Of a DNA stretch of 64,000 nucleotides, positions 14,947 to 30,759 are shown piece by piece. The number at the start of each line of letters is the position of its first letter. Position 1 is the first letter of the stretch. Below the pieces are notes generated by a model. It saw nothing but the letters and a program-made list of their open reading frames with translations. It did no database searches and was not told the origin of the DNA. The position numbers and the translations under genes were made by a program. This DNA comes from the human T2T-CHM13v2.0 reference genome, Homo sapiens, in the NCBI RefSeq assembly GCF_009914755.1, contig NC_060927.1; one strand, written 5' to 3'.

Positions 14947-15290
14947 CGCAGTGTAATAATATTGTATATTATATATACGCAGTGTAATAATATTGTATAT
15001 TATATATACGCAGTGTAATAATATTGTATATTATATATACGCAGTGTAATAATATTGTATATTATATATACGCAGTGTAATAATATTGTATATTATATAT
15101 ACGCAGTGTAAAATTGTATATTATATATACGCAGTGTAATATTGTATATTATATATACGCAGTGTAATATTGTATATTATATATACGCAGTGTAATAATA
15201 TTGTATATTATATATACGCAGTGTAATAATGTATATCATATATACGCAGTGTAATAATATTGTATATTATATATACGCAGTGTAATAATA
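14941..15290. repeat. Minisatellite/VNTR, 12 copies of a 31/28-bp unit (tatatacgcagtgtaataatattgtatatta)
   Basis: cgcagtgtaa recurs 12 times with spacings 31,31,31,31,31,28,28,28,31,28,31. Confidence 0.97.
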
Positions 15291-15442
15291 TGTTTAGAGA
15301 AAAAGAGGAAAGGGACCACCTTCTCATCACATAACATTTATTGCAGAATGTTGTTATAATTGTTTTATTTTATTATTAGTTATTGTTGTTAATCTCTTAC
15401 TCTGCCTAATTTATAAATTAAATTTCATCATAAGTATGTACA

Positions 15443-15510
15443 CATAGGAAAAAAACATAGTGTGCATAGGAAAAAAACATAGTGTGCATAGGAAAATACA
15501 TAGTATACAT
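15443..15510. repeat. ~22-bp tandem triplication (cataggaaaaaaacatagtgtg) inside MER44A
   Basis: Read directly; third copy diverged. Confidence 0.85.
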
Positions 15511-16099
15511 AGCATTTGGTACTATTCTTGGTTTCAGGCATCTCCTGGAGGGTTTGGAATATATCTTCCATGAATGAGAGGAGACTAGTGTACCCCCAAA
15601 CATAGCAATTTAGAGAACACAGTTTTTGAGGATTAGGGATGCAGGTGCATGTTTGTTAGTGGTTTTGGCTCAGGGTCTCTCACAAGATTGCAGAGGCTAT
15701 AGTCATCTCAAAGCTCAACAGGAGCTTCCAAGCTTGCATGGTTTTTGAAAGGCTTCAGTCTGTCATAAGCTTCGGTTCCTCCTAAAATGGAAGTCCTTGT
15801 CTTTTAATCTAGGAAATTACATACCATCAATGTTTCATTATGCTTTCGGGCACGCAAAACAACTCTGGTACAAGGGACTACATAGGATGTGAATGCCATT
15901 AGCTTTGGAAACTATTGGGAGACATTTTGGTGCCTGCCTATATCCTTCTATTTCTTTTTATGCCTACTTTCTAGAAAGACAAAGTCATCTTATAATGAGA
16001 AAGAAGGTTTACAGTTTGATAATATTTTCTTTGGTTTTTGAAAATCCAAAACTGCCAACAATTTCACATTTAGGATAATACCATTTTCTATTGTGCCGT

Positions 16100-16200
16100 A
16101 CATAGTATACATACACGTATACATATATAAGTATATGTGTGTATATATAAACACATATATGTGTATATATGGGTATGTGTATATATATATAATAGATGTG
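16100..16200. repeat. TA/TG low-complexity tract
   Basis: Degenerate atat/gtgt runs. Confidence 0.75.
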
Positions 16201-16539
16201 TAATTTTATATAGCTTTTAATATTGCCTTACTTAAGCCAGAAAAAAATGTTTAGAAGTTAGTTTCTATTGTTAAACTGCCCATTGGAAATCCATGGCACT
16301 GGTGAAAACTAAGCTGACAAGTTATAATTTACTGAAATTTTACTTCCTTATTTTTTCAGTAGTTAAGAACTTGTGATTTAATCATGATGTGATGCTTCAT
16401 CAGAATGAATTTTCTTCATGATTATATTACTCCATTTAAGTTTCAATGCATCTCAATTAGTCCCCTATGTATTAGGACAGTTTGGCAATTCAATTGTTTC
16501 TGAAACTAAATTTTATATTGAATGCCCTTCTGTATAAAG

Positions 16540-18330
<1,791 letters not shown>

Positions 18331-19194
18331 GAAATTACTTTGGATTTCTTTTGAAGTCACCAACAGATTAAGTGTTGGAAGAGGAATGAAATTTTAAAAA
18401 ATATTCCCAGCTCGAGGTACCTTTGCATGAAGCTAAAACTGTGATCTGATGAAGCAATATATTGTGATGTTATTTCTCTCTCACTTTTATCGTCATGCCA
18501 AGATATAAATGTTTCTCCAGTTAAGTTCTCATTTCAGCCATAGGAAAAATTCTTATCCTGATGTAATTTTGCTTAATGTTAAATTTTAAACACTAAAATT
18601 CAATCTCATCTTTTTCTTGTTTTATTTAGACAAAATCCTGCCAACCACGCTTTCATACAGCCTTTTTCACCTTGCCTTGATTTTTAAACCCATTATTATT
18701 GCCTCTATAGCTAAAATTGAAGAAAAAACTTGGGAACATAATACATTTCTCTGTAAACTAAATTCTTAACCAAATACAGTATTATTATGTTTAACTTTCA
18801 GGCTTGTTTTCGTGACATGGAGGAAGAGAATATTAGGTTAATTATCTTAATGATTTTATTTTGTTACTATGACCCGAGTCAAAGATCAATGAAATATAGA
18901 GATAGAACCATCATTTGGAAATTGAATACATACCACTTAAGAGTAAGAAAAGATTCTTAACACTGTTGCTTAATCTCTGGTCAATGAATGTTCCCAGAAT
19001 GGCCATATTTGATTACATAACAGACTTGTCAGAATCTCTATCAGTTTTTTCAATTCCTAGTAACCTTCTAGTTAGACAGAAATAGACATTTTCACTTAAT
19101 GTGAACATGTGACCGTTCTATTATTATTGCTTTATAGTGTGTGCATATATGTGTGTCTGTATGTACCTGTGATTATAGAATATGTAAAGGAAAT

Positions 19195-19381
19195 ATAGCT
19201 TAATGGAAGAACATAGAGTTTCATATCAGGAATCAGGAGTTCATTCTCAGGTTTGGCATTTATCTTTGTGCAAATTAAATGAAAACAAAACCCCTCTAAG
19301 TCCTATCTTTATCCACGAAAATGGAGGAAATGATACTACTTGCCTGTTAAGGATACTACATGCCTGTTGAGGCTTAAAACT
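19195..19381 (+). mobile_element. MIR
   Basis: aatggaagaacatagagttt...aacccctctaagtcct...aaaatggag...atactac. Confidence 0.6.
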
Positions 19382-19392
19382 GTGAGTTTATT

Positions 19393-19634
19393 ATTTATTT
19401 ATTTATCTATTTTGAGACAAAGTCTCACTCTGTTGCCCAGGCTGGAGTGCAGTGGTGCGATCTTGGCTCACCGCAACCTCTGTCTCCAGGGTTCAAGCGA
19501 TTCTCATGCCTCAGGCGCCCGCCACCATGCCTGGCTAATTTTTGTATTTTTCGTAGAGATGGCGGTTTCACCATGTTGGCTAGGCTGGTCTCAAACTCCT
19601 GACCTCAGGTGATCCACCTGCCTCGGCCTCCCAA
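19393..19634 (-). mobile_element. AluS, 5'-truncated with ~23-bp internal deletion and TSD
   Basis: gcctcag is joined directly to gcgccc; TSD gtgagtttatt at 19382-19392 and 19635-19645. Confidence 0.9.
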
Positions 19635-19806
19635 GTGAGTTTATTTACATAAACTCACAGATACTTTTAAGTTGCTAGGGCAACTTTTCTTAGAATACAG
19701 TATGGTTCATGAAGACTGGCCTTTTATAGCTTCCTTATATGCTGTCTCCTATGGTAAGAACAATGAACAAATTACTTTTGCTTTTAATATTATTTAAAAA
19801 TAAATT

Positions 19807-20180
19807 CTGTCATTTAATTAGGATATGCTAATTGATATAACAAACAACTCCAAAATATCAATGAATTAACACAATTAAGTTCATTACTCATCTGATAAGA
19901 CATGGCAAACCCTCCTCCAGACAGCTATTCAGGACCCCAGGCTGTTTCCACTTTGTGCCTGTTGTGATCAGCCAGCAGATGAAAGGAAATAAACATTGGG
20001 AAGGTACATAACATAGTCAACTACCTGGTTCAGAAGTGTACACATCATTCCACTGGTCAGAATTAATCCCATGGATGAACTTAGATACAAAGTGCTAGAA
20101 ATTTGGTTTGTGACTAAAATATAATATGGACAAGAAGAACAAATTTAGGTGGTTACTAGAGAGTGACCAGCCATTCTGGT
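19807..20180 (-). mobile_element. Old MLT1 (J/K/L-type) LTR
   Basis: ataacaaacaactccaaaatatcaatgaattaacacaa...attcaggaccccaggctg...cattccactggtcagaa. Confidence 0.6.
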
Positions 20181-20219
20181 GTGCCTGTAATGTTCCCAGT
20201 TTTGGCACTGAAAATGCTG

Positions 20220-20518
20220 GGCAGGTGTGGTGGCTCAAGCCTATAATCCCAGCACTTTTGGAGCCTGAAGGAAGAGGATTGCTTGAGCCCAGAAGTTTGC
20301 GACCAACCTGGGCAACATGGTGAGACCCCATCTCTACCAAAAAATTAAAAATTACCAGGGTGTGGTGGTGCATGCCTGTTGTCCCAGCAACTCGGGAGGC
20401 TGAGCTGAGAAGATCACTTGAGCCCAGGAGGTCGAGGCTGCAGTGAGCTGTGATCTCGCCACTGCACTCTCACCTGGTTGACAGAGTGAGATCCTGTATG
20501 AAAAAACAAAGTGAACAA
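20220..20518 (+). mobile_element. AluJ with TSD
   Basis: gaggattgcttgagcccag...ggaggtcgaggctgcagtgagctgtgatc; TSD aaaatgctg. Confidence 0.93.
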
Positions 20519-21754
20519 AAAATGCTGAATCTTGTGCATCCCTTCAGTCCTGAGCAAACCAAAACAATTGGCCACTCTAACTAACACTGTCAGGCATGCA
20601 TGCCACAGGCTTGAATAAAATGCTTCATGAATATATGCTTACAATCCAAAATAGAGAAACAAGGCTAGCAAAAAGAACTCCAAGTTATTATCCAGGCAGT
20701 ACAATTTCAACCTGAAAGGAGCTCAGGAAATAAGCAGTATAGAAGCCACCATTTTAATCATCATTCATTGAAGGCCTAGAATGTGGCAGGCCAATTATAA
20801 GTTATCACTAAGAGAACAGTGTTGTGAAGCAGGGAAAATACTCCAATTACAAGTTCAGAATTTGAGATTCAGAATGGTTAACGTCCAGTTCAAAAATCAC
20901 ACTCTAGTAGATAGATTCTAAAACAGCTACGAGTGCCAGGCTCTTTCCTTCATGTTGCTAATCTTAGGTGAATCTCCCCATTCCAATCCCCACCCTCCAC
21001 AAATACAAAGATATATGTTTTATCTTCATATGATATGAATTCAAGTACTATTTTAAGTGTGTACAAATGTGATTATCTTCCAAATAGAGATACCATAGTT
21101 GACTAATCCTTGATTTCTGAAATACAATTTATTTTCTGGGGCAGTTTATTTATTTTATTTGCCTCTTAATACTAGATGAAATGGGACTAAATTGAACAGC
21201 AGTTGAATCCTACTTATGTTGCCTGGTGGTTTCAATGAAAAACATTCTGAATTACAGCTGAAAATATCAGAAAAAATGCCATCCAGTACAGTCCTTTAAT
21301 ATAGTTAAGTATTTAACAGACATTTGCTTTAGGATTAGATAAGAAATGCTTTCACTGCTTAGATTAAACTTTTCCACATTTTTTGATCATGGAACATATT
21401 TAAAAATTATGATAGGTACCCAAACATCAGCAACAAGTCATGAGGTATAATGAACATATCAATCAAATTTGAAATAAAAATGGTGTTATGAATAAATTCA
21501 TAGCTATAATAAACAATCTACTTTTATTCATAATTTATACTTCACACATGAATGAAACAGAAACATAGGTAACATAATGTGATAAAAATATAAAATGCAA
21601 AGTAATACAGATAAAGCAAAACATCCTTTATTTAACATTTCTCAATAATTGTTTAAAAAATACCATTTTTCAAATGAGAATACCGCTGTATAACACATAT
21701 CACCTTAAAATTAGATATGAGATTAAGGTGTATAAATCAGATATATGTCTTTGT

Positions 21755-21820
21755 ATGTGTACGGTGTGTGTGTGTGTGTGTATGGTGTGTGTGTGTGTAG
21801 GGGGTGTGTGTGTGTGTGTG
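21755..21820. repeat. Interrupted (TG)n microsatellite
   Basis: Three TG runs separated by short interruptions. Confidence 0.92.
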
Positions 21821-21987
21821 TCCCTGTGGATTTTATTGGCATTGCGGCACAATAAAAAAATGTCATTTCTAAAGGTATTTTGTAGCACAGGAAAAATTTT
21901 ACAACTACATATTTTGAGTACTTCTCAAATTATTCAAAATTCATATTATATGGCATTAATTTTTTCTCTTTAGAAACGAAGCTGCTG

Positions 21988-22185
21988 GGCCAGGAGCCAG
22001 GGCTCACGACTGTAATTGCAGCACTTTGGGAGGCCAAGGTGGGAGAATCACATGAGCCTGGGAGGCGGGGGTTGCAGTGAGCCAAGATTGTGCCTTTGCA
22101 TTACAGCCTGGGTGACAGAGTGAGACCCTGTCTCAAAAAAAAAAAAAAAAAGGGGGAAAAAAAAGAAAAAAAGAGAAGAAAAGAA
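21988..22185 (+). mobile_element. Monomer-length Alu (FRAM-like or left/right recombinant)
   Basis: Alu 5' end runs directly into right-arm sequence (ggagaatcac...gttgcagtgagcc) and an A-rich tail. Confidence 0.85.
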
Positions 22186-22500
22186 GAAACGTGAAAAAGC
22201 TGTTTATATCATCTTCACAGTGAAATAGTCCAAATTTTGTCGTTTTTTAAAAAAAAGATTTGAGAAGCACAGATTCTTGCTTTTCATTTTCGACATGCAT
22301 TGCCAATTTTAGTTGGTAAATATTTTTGATACATCAACGAACAAAACGAAAAAGTTAGTGTAGGTGATTTGTCAGGCCACATCTTGGAATTTATCGAGAA
22401 TGTCACCTTTATGAAAGGAACAGGCATTATCTAACAAGCCTGGCTTATTCAAATATGCCTAGAGTTTGTTGTTGTTGTTGTTTTTTCCTCCCTATATTTA

Positions 22501-22831
<331 letters not shown>

Positions 22832-23439
22832 CTAGAGGAAAACATTGTTATCATCTCTCTGTGTTATATTTGTGAAACACGTGTTATAATCTTACAGAAC
22901 TCAGTGTGGGGATTGCTAACTTAGCTGATGGAGTGTGTTGTCCTAACAGAACTATTGTAAACACATCTTTTTGAATATGGCTCCTCATAGAGGAACTGTT
23001 ATGTGTGTTTTAGCATGCATATAATTCTTCTAATACATCCTGTGTTTCTTTCAGTATTGCTAAACTACTAACAGAGGGAAAAATAACGTAAGAACAAAAT
23101 GGCTTAAGAGCCAGGGGCTCATAGATATTAGACAAAAAGAAGAGGGGACAGGCTGACATGAGAGCATCTAGAACAGCACCATAGTAACATCATCTTCTAA
23201 ATTTGTTCACAAGAATTCCCCTGAAAACACCCAGCTTCCCAGATTTCCCATATGCAAATGTTCTAAGCATCTTTGGTCTTTATCACATATTTATACCCAG
23301 ATTGTTTGAGTTTATGCTTGTAACTTGGATACACTTTGTGCTTGTAACTTAAGGGTTTAGAGAGACTATAGAATATTCTTGATTTATGGTGCAGCAGTTG
23401 GGGGATTGCTCCTCTCTAGGTCGTTCTTATATTCCTAGT

Positions 23440-23825
23440 AGTCTTTATTCAAATGCAATGGCACAGCTTCTGCTTCCCCAGAGAAGTGTTTCAGGATTGT
23501 TAGTTAGTTAGTTCTCAAGCTCTACCAACAAATTGCTTTCACATATCACCTCTTACTAGCTCCATGGCCTAAATGTTTTTATTTTGGTTCCTCATTGGAT
23601 GAACCTGTAAATCACTTTCCTTCCTTGTGCTAGTGATGCCTATTATATATACCGCTTTGTAACCTGCCACACATCATTGACATTATTCTAGTGTGCATTT
23701 TTTTCCCTCCCTGCTCTTTGAATTCTGTTAATGCAGAGGCCATTTTTTATTCATCAATATATATTAATCTGTATCTACATTATATAATAGAGACTCAAAA
23801 ATCACTGTAGAATAAACATGATTAC
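23440..23825 (+). mobile_element. L2 3' end fragment
   Basis: gcagaggccattttttattcatc...atagagactcaaaaatcactgtagaataaacatga. Confidence 0.45.
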
Positions 23826-25229
23826 ACAAAATAATACTCCTCATCTAATTTTATCTTAATCGTACATTCAGTGTATCCATTAAGACTCTGAAGTGTTATA
23901 TTAGACCTTTTTCTTATTTTATTATAACATATGGTAACTATATAATATGAATCCCAAATTTCTGCAAACATATATTATACAAGTCTTTATAGTTATGCTT
24001 CTAATTTTCTACTTATAAAATGAGCATTTTAGTCTAAATAAAATAGCAAAGACTATTCAATTGCTCAGAATAATTTATACTATTATAAACAAAGTGAATA
24101 GTAAAGAAAGAGTTTTAAGTGCATTATATGGAAGGGATTTACAGAACTGTTCAACTTAAAAATGAATTCAGACTAAATTTTAGAAAAAAGACATGCCAAA
24201 GATTTTACTTATACTTAGTTTTTGTTATTGCTGTTGTTGGAGGGTTTTGTTGTTGTTTTTGTTCTGTTTGTTTGGACCTGCTTCAGCTAAGAAAACCTCT
24301 CTAGTATTTGTACTTATTACCTCAGTAGGGCTGGTTTGCAGGGTATTTTTTCCCTTTAATATGTCTTCTATCTTATCAAACATGCTTTTTATTTGTGATT
24401 TCTCAGGCAATTTTTCTCTTTTCCTTCTTCCTGAAACAGGGCTATATAGATTGCACCAATTTTATGTTTTTTTCTGCCTGCTCTATCAGTTTTCCCAGTA
24501 GGTTTATTACTAGTGGTATAGATTGGATTTCTTGTTTCATGAGTCTAGAGGAAAAAGGTCTCGGCCCCTCTCTCCTTCCTTGAATTGGGATTATAAAAAT
24601 TCAAACCACCATTTTATTCAAGCCAAGAATATGAAGCATCTGTTATTATTTAGAACTATACTTATAACTTTAAACATTCAGGGTAAAAGTTGATGTGTAC
24701 ATTAATGTTTCAACATGGAAAAATTTCTGTCACTCCTAAATAAAATACATATATGAATATTCCATGCCTTTTTAGTTACCCATTTTTATCATTTTTTTAA
24801 AATTTAGTGTTCTGTGCTTTAAAATTGGATGCTTGAAATAGTTGTGTTCTCTCCATTTTGTCATGTCTATTTTTCTATGTGCTTAAGAATATTTTTACTA
24901 TCAGAACAGATCATTTATTATTTATGTTAAGATAAGTTTGGGATTTGCTTCTCAAGTCGTGTTATACACACAAAGTGACATTTCCAGAAGTTTTCATATC
25001 AAAAATAAGAAACAAACTTATCTTTCTTAGATATTGTGGGGGCTAAATTTAAAGATACCAAACATATATATTTGCTTTCCCCAGCCATAGCATTTTTAAA
25101 CTTCAGTGATTGAAAAATACAGAACTGGAGTGCTCTATTGACACAAGGAGTGAAACATGTTTTTGCTTTCTGATGTAAAAGCCACAAATATCTCGCAAGT
25201 TATCAGCCATCAAAGGAAAAATGTAAATA

Positions 25230-25460
25230 ACAATAACTGTCATGGAGAGCCCAACACTGGCCTGTGCCTTTCCTCATTTTACTTTCAGATATATTCTTTG
25301 AGGTAAGTAATACTAGTTTTCCAGTTTTATAGACAGAAAAGGGAAGCTTAGGGAATTTAAACTCAGTTGCCCAAGATTATGTAGCCAATTAATGTAGGAG
25401 TCAGAATTCAAAATCCAAGTTGATCTGATTCTAGAGCTTATTCCCTTAACCATTATCCTA
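25230..25460 (-). mobile_element. MIR
   Basis: gaggtaagtaatactagttttccagttttatagacagaaaa...ttgcccaagatt...agaattcaaaatccaag. Confidence 0.65.
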
Positions 25461-28070
25461 TGTTGTATATGTTATAATCATAAGTTATAAAAAGTTCTGC
25501 TCGAGCATAAATATGGTTACAGCATATATGCAAGTATTTCACATTATTCTCTGTTCAAAAATAAATGGATATTATATCTTTATCCACGTAACAAAACATA
25601 TAAATGAAATTATAAAATTATTTATGAGATGTTACTATGATATCGATTTACAGTCAGAGGGAAAGGCAGTAATTATAGTTTTTCTTTTTTTTTTTACTGT
25701 TTACTTATATGTAGTCGTCACTGAAAATACGTTAATTAATTTATCCATTAAAAAACTAAATTCTTGAAGTAAAGCAGCTGTGTAAAGGAAGCAAGTTCTG
25801 AATTTGTGTGTACATAAATAACTGTTTGATTCAGAAGGGAAATTTGCATTAACATACAATATACAATAGTCTCATTCAAAGAATCATATAAACCTTAAAT
25901 TAAAGAAGCTTCTTAATTTTTACAAAATATAAAATCCTGTGATTGTGTTAAGGCGTCAATATGTTTTAGTTTAAATTTTCTTTTTCTGTTTCATTAAATA
26001 TAAATCTAGATAAATGTTATTCAGCCTTAAAAAAAAACAGTATTTAAGCCAGGTTTTTCTATAACTAATTAAAACTAACTTACTCTTTGTCAGATGAGAC
26101 TGAAAAATATAATTACACTACTTAACATTCCTTATTAACTTCATCTTTTCAAACTACAGAAATTCAGTGATCTGTAAAACCATGAGGTAATTTATGTCAA
26201 AATGAAATAAGGTTCTTTCATGTTCCAGTTGAGTTAGTTAAAATTATTTTTGGTTTATATTATTTGTAATCTAAGTGCTTACTGTGTTTTTAAGGTTTTT
26301 GGCAGGTTATGTGGGTCCCTGTTAAAGCAGTTACAGTCAAGAAATGTGCTGATTCTAACATAAAAATTATAGAAAGCTTGGGTATACACTTTATTTAAGC
26401 ATGGGTTAGTTGGAATTCAAAGATGTCATACACTGTACTCACTAGCATCATTTGTTCTTTCTTCCATGAGTAAACTTTAGGAAATATTATCCATATTTAC
26501 CAAATATATAGCTGACTAATAAACTATATTACATTCAACTGACACATTGGGCTTGCTAGCGTTTGCCATAGTCATTGTCCACTTACATGTCTGTTCCTGC
26601 TTGTCAAGGAATATTCACAAACATTGAACAATGGAGTCAATAATATCTCCCTTTGCATAGCGCATTAGAGCTTATAAAGCACTGTTACACATGCCTGTGC
26701 ACCTGCTTACAAAATCATCCATGTCAAATGACCGTCGTAGGTTATTTTTCCTAAATTTGTTCAAATGATAATAGACGGAGTTTATATTAAACAAAGTTAT
26801 CAATTCTGAATGTTTTCGCTATATCATGTTTCAAAAAAAAAAACACATTATTTCTAGAATTCAGGAGATGGCTGAGAACTTTTGTATCATTGCCCGGTAG
26901 CTCTTCTTTTAGTGGGTGAGAAAAATTAGGTCCATAAACGTGAAATGCCATGCTCAAAGAAATAAAGATTTTCTGGCTCTGAATCTCTCTACTGTTTCCG
27001 CACTTTGCCAACACATTCTTCACAGGTGGGTGCTCAAGGGCTTTATGGTTAAGCCAGTGAGTGACTAACACTAAATAACCAGCAAATGAAGCTCATTTTA
27101 AGTCAAACTCAAGACTTTTGTAAAAATAATAATTTTACAGTAAATATTTTCTTTTAAGCAATTTACATTATTCTTGAATAAGTTTTCATATCAGATAAAA
27201 ATGTCTTTGTGAGTTATACATTGACTTCCAAAAATATTTTTAAAATATTTTGCACTAATTTCCATTGTATGGAGTGAAGATCACAGGTTGATTCACTTAT
27301 ATGTTCAAATTGTTACATACTAAATAGTATTTAATAGCAAACCAGTTGCTAAATTAGATGTACAATTATGATTATCTAACTTAAAAATTAAAATATTTTG
27401 CAACATATTTAAATGCCAATAACTTCCTAGTTTTTATCCTTATTCAAAACTATTGCAATATAGCAGAATAAAGCAAGTTTCCAATTATTTTATTTGCTAT
27501 TAAACTTGATAGCTTATGAAACATTAAGATTAATCCTCCTTGTAGTTTTATATTTTGTCCAAATTGTAGTAATTTTATTTTATGCCTATGCTACCAATAC
27601 ACATGATTTAGTATAGTAAATTGAATTTTAAGAGAAATTGAGAACAAAATAAGTCAGCAAAGCTAATTTTCTATCTGTACCCCAAAAGCCAATGTACCAA
27701 ACATGAAAACATCCTTAATTGAATATAGAAGTTACCCAGAGGGAAACTGGGCAATAAGTTTCTCATTGTCAGAACTGCAAACACTTTTTAGAAAGCGTTG
27801 TTTCTTACATTAGGTTAAAATTATGGTATGTATGCAACTATAAGCCCTACATTAATCTGCTTGGTTGAAAATGGAGATACTTTACTGTTTTTTAAAAATG
27901 CTAGTGTATATACCCTGGAAAAATGTATGTTAAACAACTATTTTATGTACTACTTTTAGCTAACTTATAGTAATTATAGACTAACGACAGCTAGGCATTA
28001 GTTTTTCACGACATGTCTTTCTCTTAGTGCATCTTTTTCTACTTAGTGCTCTTAATATATATTCATGTGA

Positions 28071-28428
<358 letters not shown>

Positions 28429-29059
28429 TATTATCTCTTTTTAAAATTCGTTTTATGTAAGTAGTTAGAATAACTGAGAAGTTTCACTGGAATAATTTTA
28501 ATATTCTATAAATATAAAATTATCTTCTAATAAACATCTTTTAAACTTGACTACCACTTTTATATTTCATAGTATATTTTATTTGTATTATTTCTAAATT
28601 TAAAAATGAGCAAACGTTTTCTTCATATAAAGATTCATTTATTTTGATTCAAAAATCAGAATGTTTTCAGAATAATAATAAAGTCAAATATTTTTAGATA
28701 ATTACCTTAAGCTAGACATTGTAAAAAGAGCTTTACATAAAATAGTTAAAATATTTAATCTTCTAGTGGAACATTTGAGATAGGTATATTATAGATATAA
28801 TAACAATGAACTTGCTAACATTGCCAATAGTTACGCAGCCTGTTAGTGGCAAAGAGGTTTTAAATCCAGTTCTGCTGGAATATTTGCCCAAACCAGTCTT
28901 AACTTGAACATAGATCTCAATCATAAAATTATCTCCCTATAATTTTATTTTTAAAACAGATACCATTTATATGCATACAGAATTTTTTTTCTTTTTTCCT
29001 TTCAAATCATTTTGCTATTACACTATTAAAATAATTCAACTTTGTAAAGGGGCAGAGAT

Positions 29060-29320
29060 AGAAAAAAACCCAAACCCTTGTATTCATAGGATATGTGAGG
29101 CGTTATATCAGTTCCTTATGTGGGTTTCCCATTCATCCTCATTAGAATAATCTGCACTGGGTATTTTTATTTCCATTTTACAGATGAGGAACCCTAATAT
29201 CAGAGAAGGTAAACAAAACATGCTGTCATAGCTACACAATTGACATATTTTAGAGGCAGGATTTAAATTCGATGTGATAGAATGTCAGTAGCTTTGTTCT
29301 TTGTATTGAACCATCCATAT
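29060..29320 (-). mobile_element. MIR
   Basis: ccattttacagatgaggaa...cagagaaggtaaa...agaggcaggatttaaa. Confidence 0.7.
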
Positions 29321-29932
29321 TTGACTGTGACCTTCTCCCTAAACTGCTTTTCTCAACATGTGGAGGGATCAATAATGAATGCATGACAAGTGTCAGGCTT
29401 GAGGTAGATACTTTTATTAGTTTATCTCATTTAATTTTCATATAAACCATGCTATTTAGAAATTTGTTGTTTTATGTTAGAACTAAGAAAACTATGAATT
29501 AAAAAAATTGTATAATTTACCTAAGGTCTTACAGTGCCAATTAGTATCTTAAAGTACAAATTTATCTTATTTCAAAATTTCTGAATACAAAACTCTCTGG
29601 AGACCTTTTGGACTCCTCTGTTAATGCAGGGAAAATAAAATATATTTCAGTATATACAAGAAAGAAAATAGAAATCTCGTGATATTTGATGTGAGCATAC
29701 AGAAGACTGGTATACTCAGTTATGTAAGAACTAAGAATTCCATCTCCTTATTAGACAGGTCTCAATTTTTCTAGTAACAGTGAGAAAACTCAAGAAATCA
29801 GGAAACAAGATAGAATTATCCTCCTATCACTAATTTCCACTACAGGACTGTCATTCATTTGACATCTCAACTTTTTAAAATATATTCCAAAATTATTATC
29901 CAAATCCCTAGAATATGTATAGCTTATTAATG

Positions 29933-30000
29933 TGATATTCCAATTTATTCACATACTGTTTTACCGAAATAAAACAGTATGTGAATAAATTGGAATATCA
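29933..30000. repeat. Perfect palindrome: 31-bp arms, 6-nt loop
   Basis: tgatattccaatttattcacatactgtttta-ccgaaa-taaaacagtatgtgaataaattggaatatca. Confidence 0.98.
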
Positions 30001-30759
30001 AATTTAATGTGTTTTAATACTATTATAACACGTATTTAATACTATTATAACATTTATTTCCTTCTCTATTTACAAATTATAGACTAAAATTTGGCTGCTT
30101 GTAAGCTTTAGTTATTAAGTGGAATTATACTTAAATTTTATTTCTATTTGAAGAACATATTATTTTAGAAGTTTTTTAAATATATAAAATAATAAATTGT
30201 GCTTGCTTTTGGTTTGAATTACATTTGGTATTGAAAAGTTTGTCATTTTACTGGTTCTATACATATTCTAGCAATAAATCAAATACAGTTTGAGTATCAT
30301 GGACATTTATGAGCTGAATTATTCATGCTTGGCATTTCATAAATCCAAAGAAAATTCTAAGTGTGAAAAAATGGTCTTTCTATGGTGTGGTAATAGTTAT
30401 TTCTTGAGATGGGCCGAGAGTCTCTTTGTTAAGGATCTTTCTCTTAAATGATGTCCACCTGATAAAAGTAGATGCTAATCGTTCTTTGTGTCAGTTTGAT
30501 GGTTTACTTTGCTAAGTTTCACAAAGCAAAAAAGGGTTTATCTTGGACAGTATGAATTTGAAAGGTATATATATTGGAGGTGGCCAAGGCCATTCGTGTA
30601 GTGATTCTCTCTGTTAGAACAGTGAGCAGTGTGTTTCTCACCATTGTGATCTTGAAATGGAGTATTCATTTAATGCTAAAGAGTGAGAGGCTTTTATCTT
30701 TGGGAAAGTTATCCTTATTCATTCCATTTCTAACTCTTCAGATCCATTCTCAACCTGCT

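Larger units (their letters stand above)
14725..15590 (+). mobile_element. MER44A (Tigger7-derived MITE), interrupted by a palindrome and a minisatellite
   Basis: Left part tagtccctccttgtcc...ggtttcagtta...ggtcaactacggtccaaaaata; right part gttattgttgttaatctcttac...ggtttcaggcatc...ggagactagtg; TA at both ends. Confidence 0.85.
14693..15942 (-). mobile_element. MLT1 (MaLR) solo LTR, interrupted by MER44A
   Basis: tgtattgttacctgttgttgaataactaaa resumes after the MER44A as taccccaaacatagc; ggctcagggtctctcacaagattgcag...gtcatctcaaagctc is MLT1-like. Confidence 0.65.

Noticed and set aside
14941-15290. Regular ~30-bp periodic array resembling a CRISPR array
   Set aside because: No unique spacers, no cas genes and a primate context; it is a head-to-tail minisatellite.
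18787-18960. Possible coding exon after ttaactttcag (ACFRDMEEENIR...)
   Set aside because: Weak donors, no recognisable protein and no partner exons.
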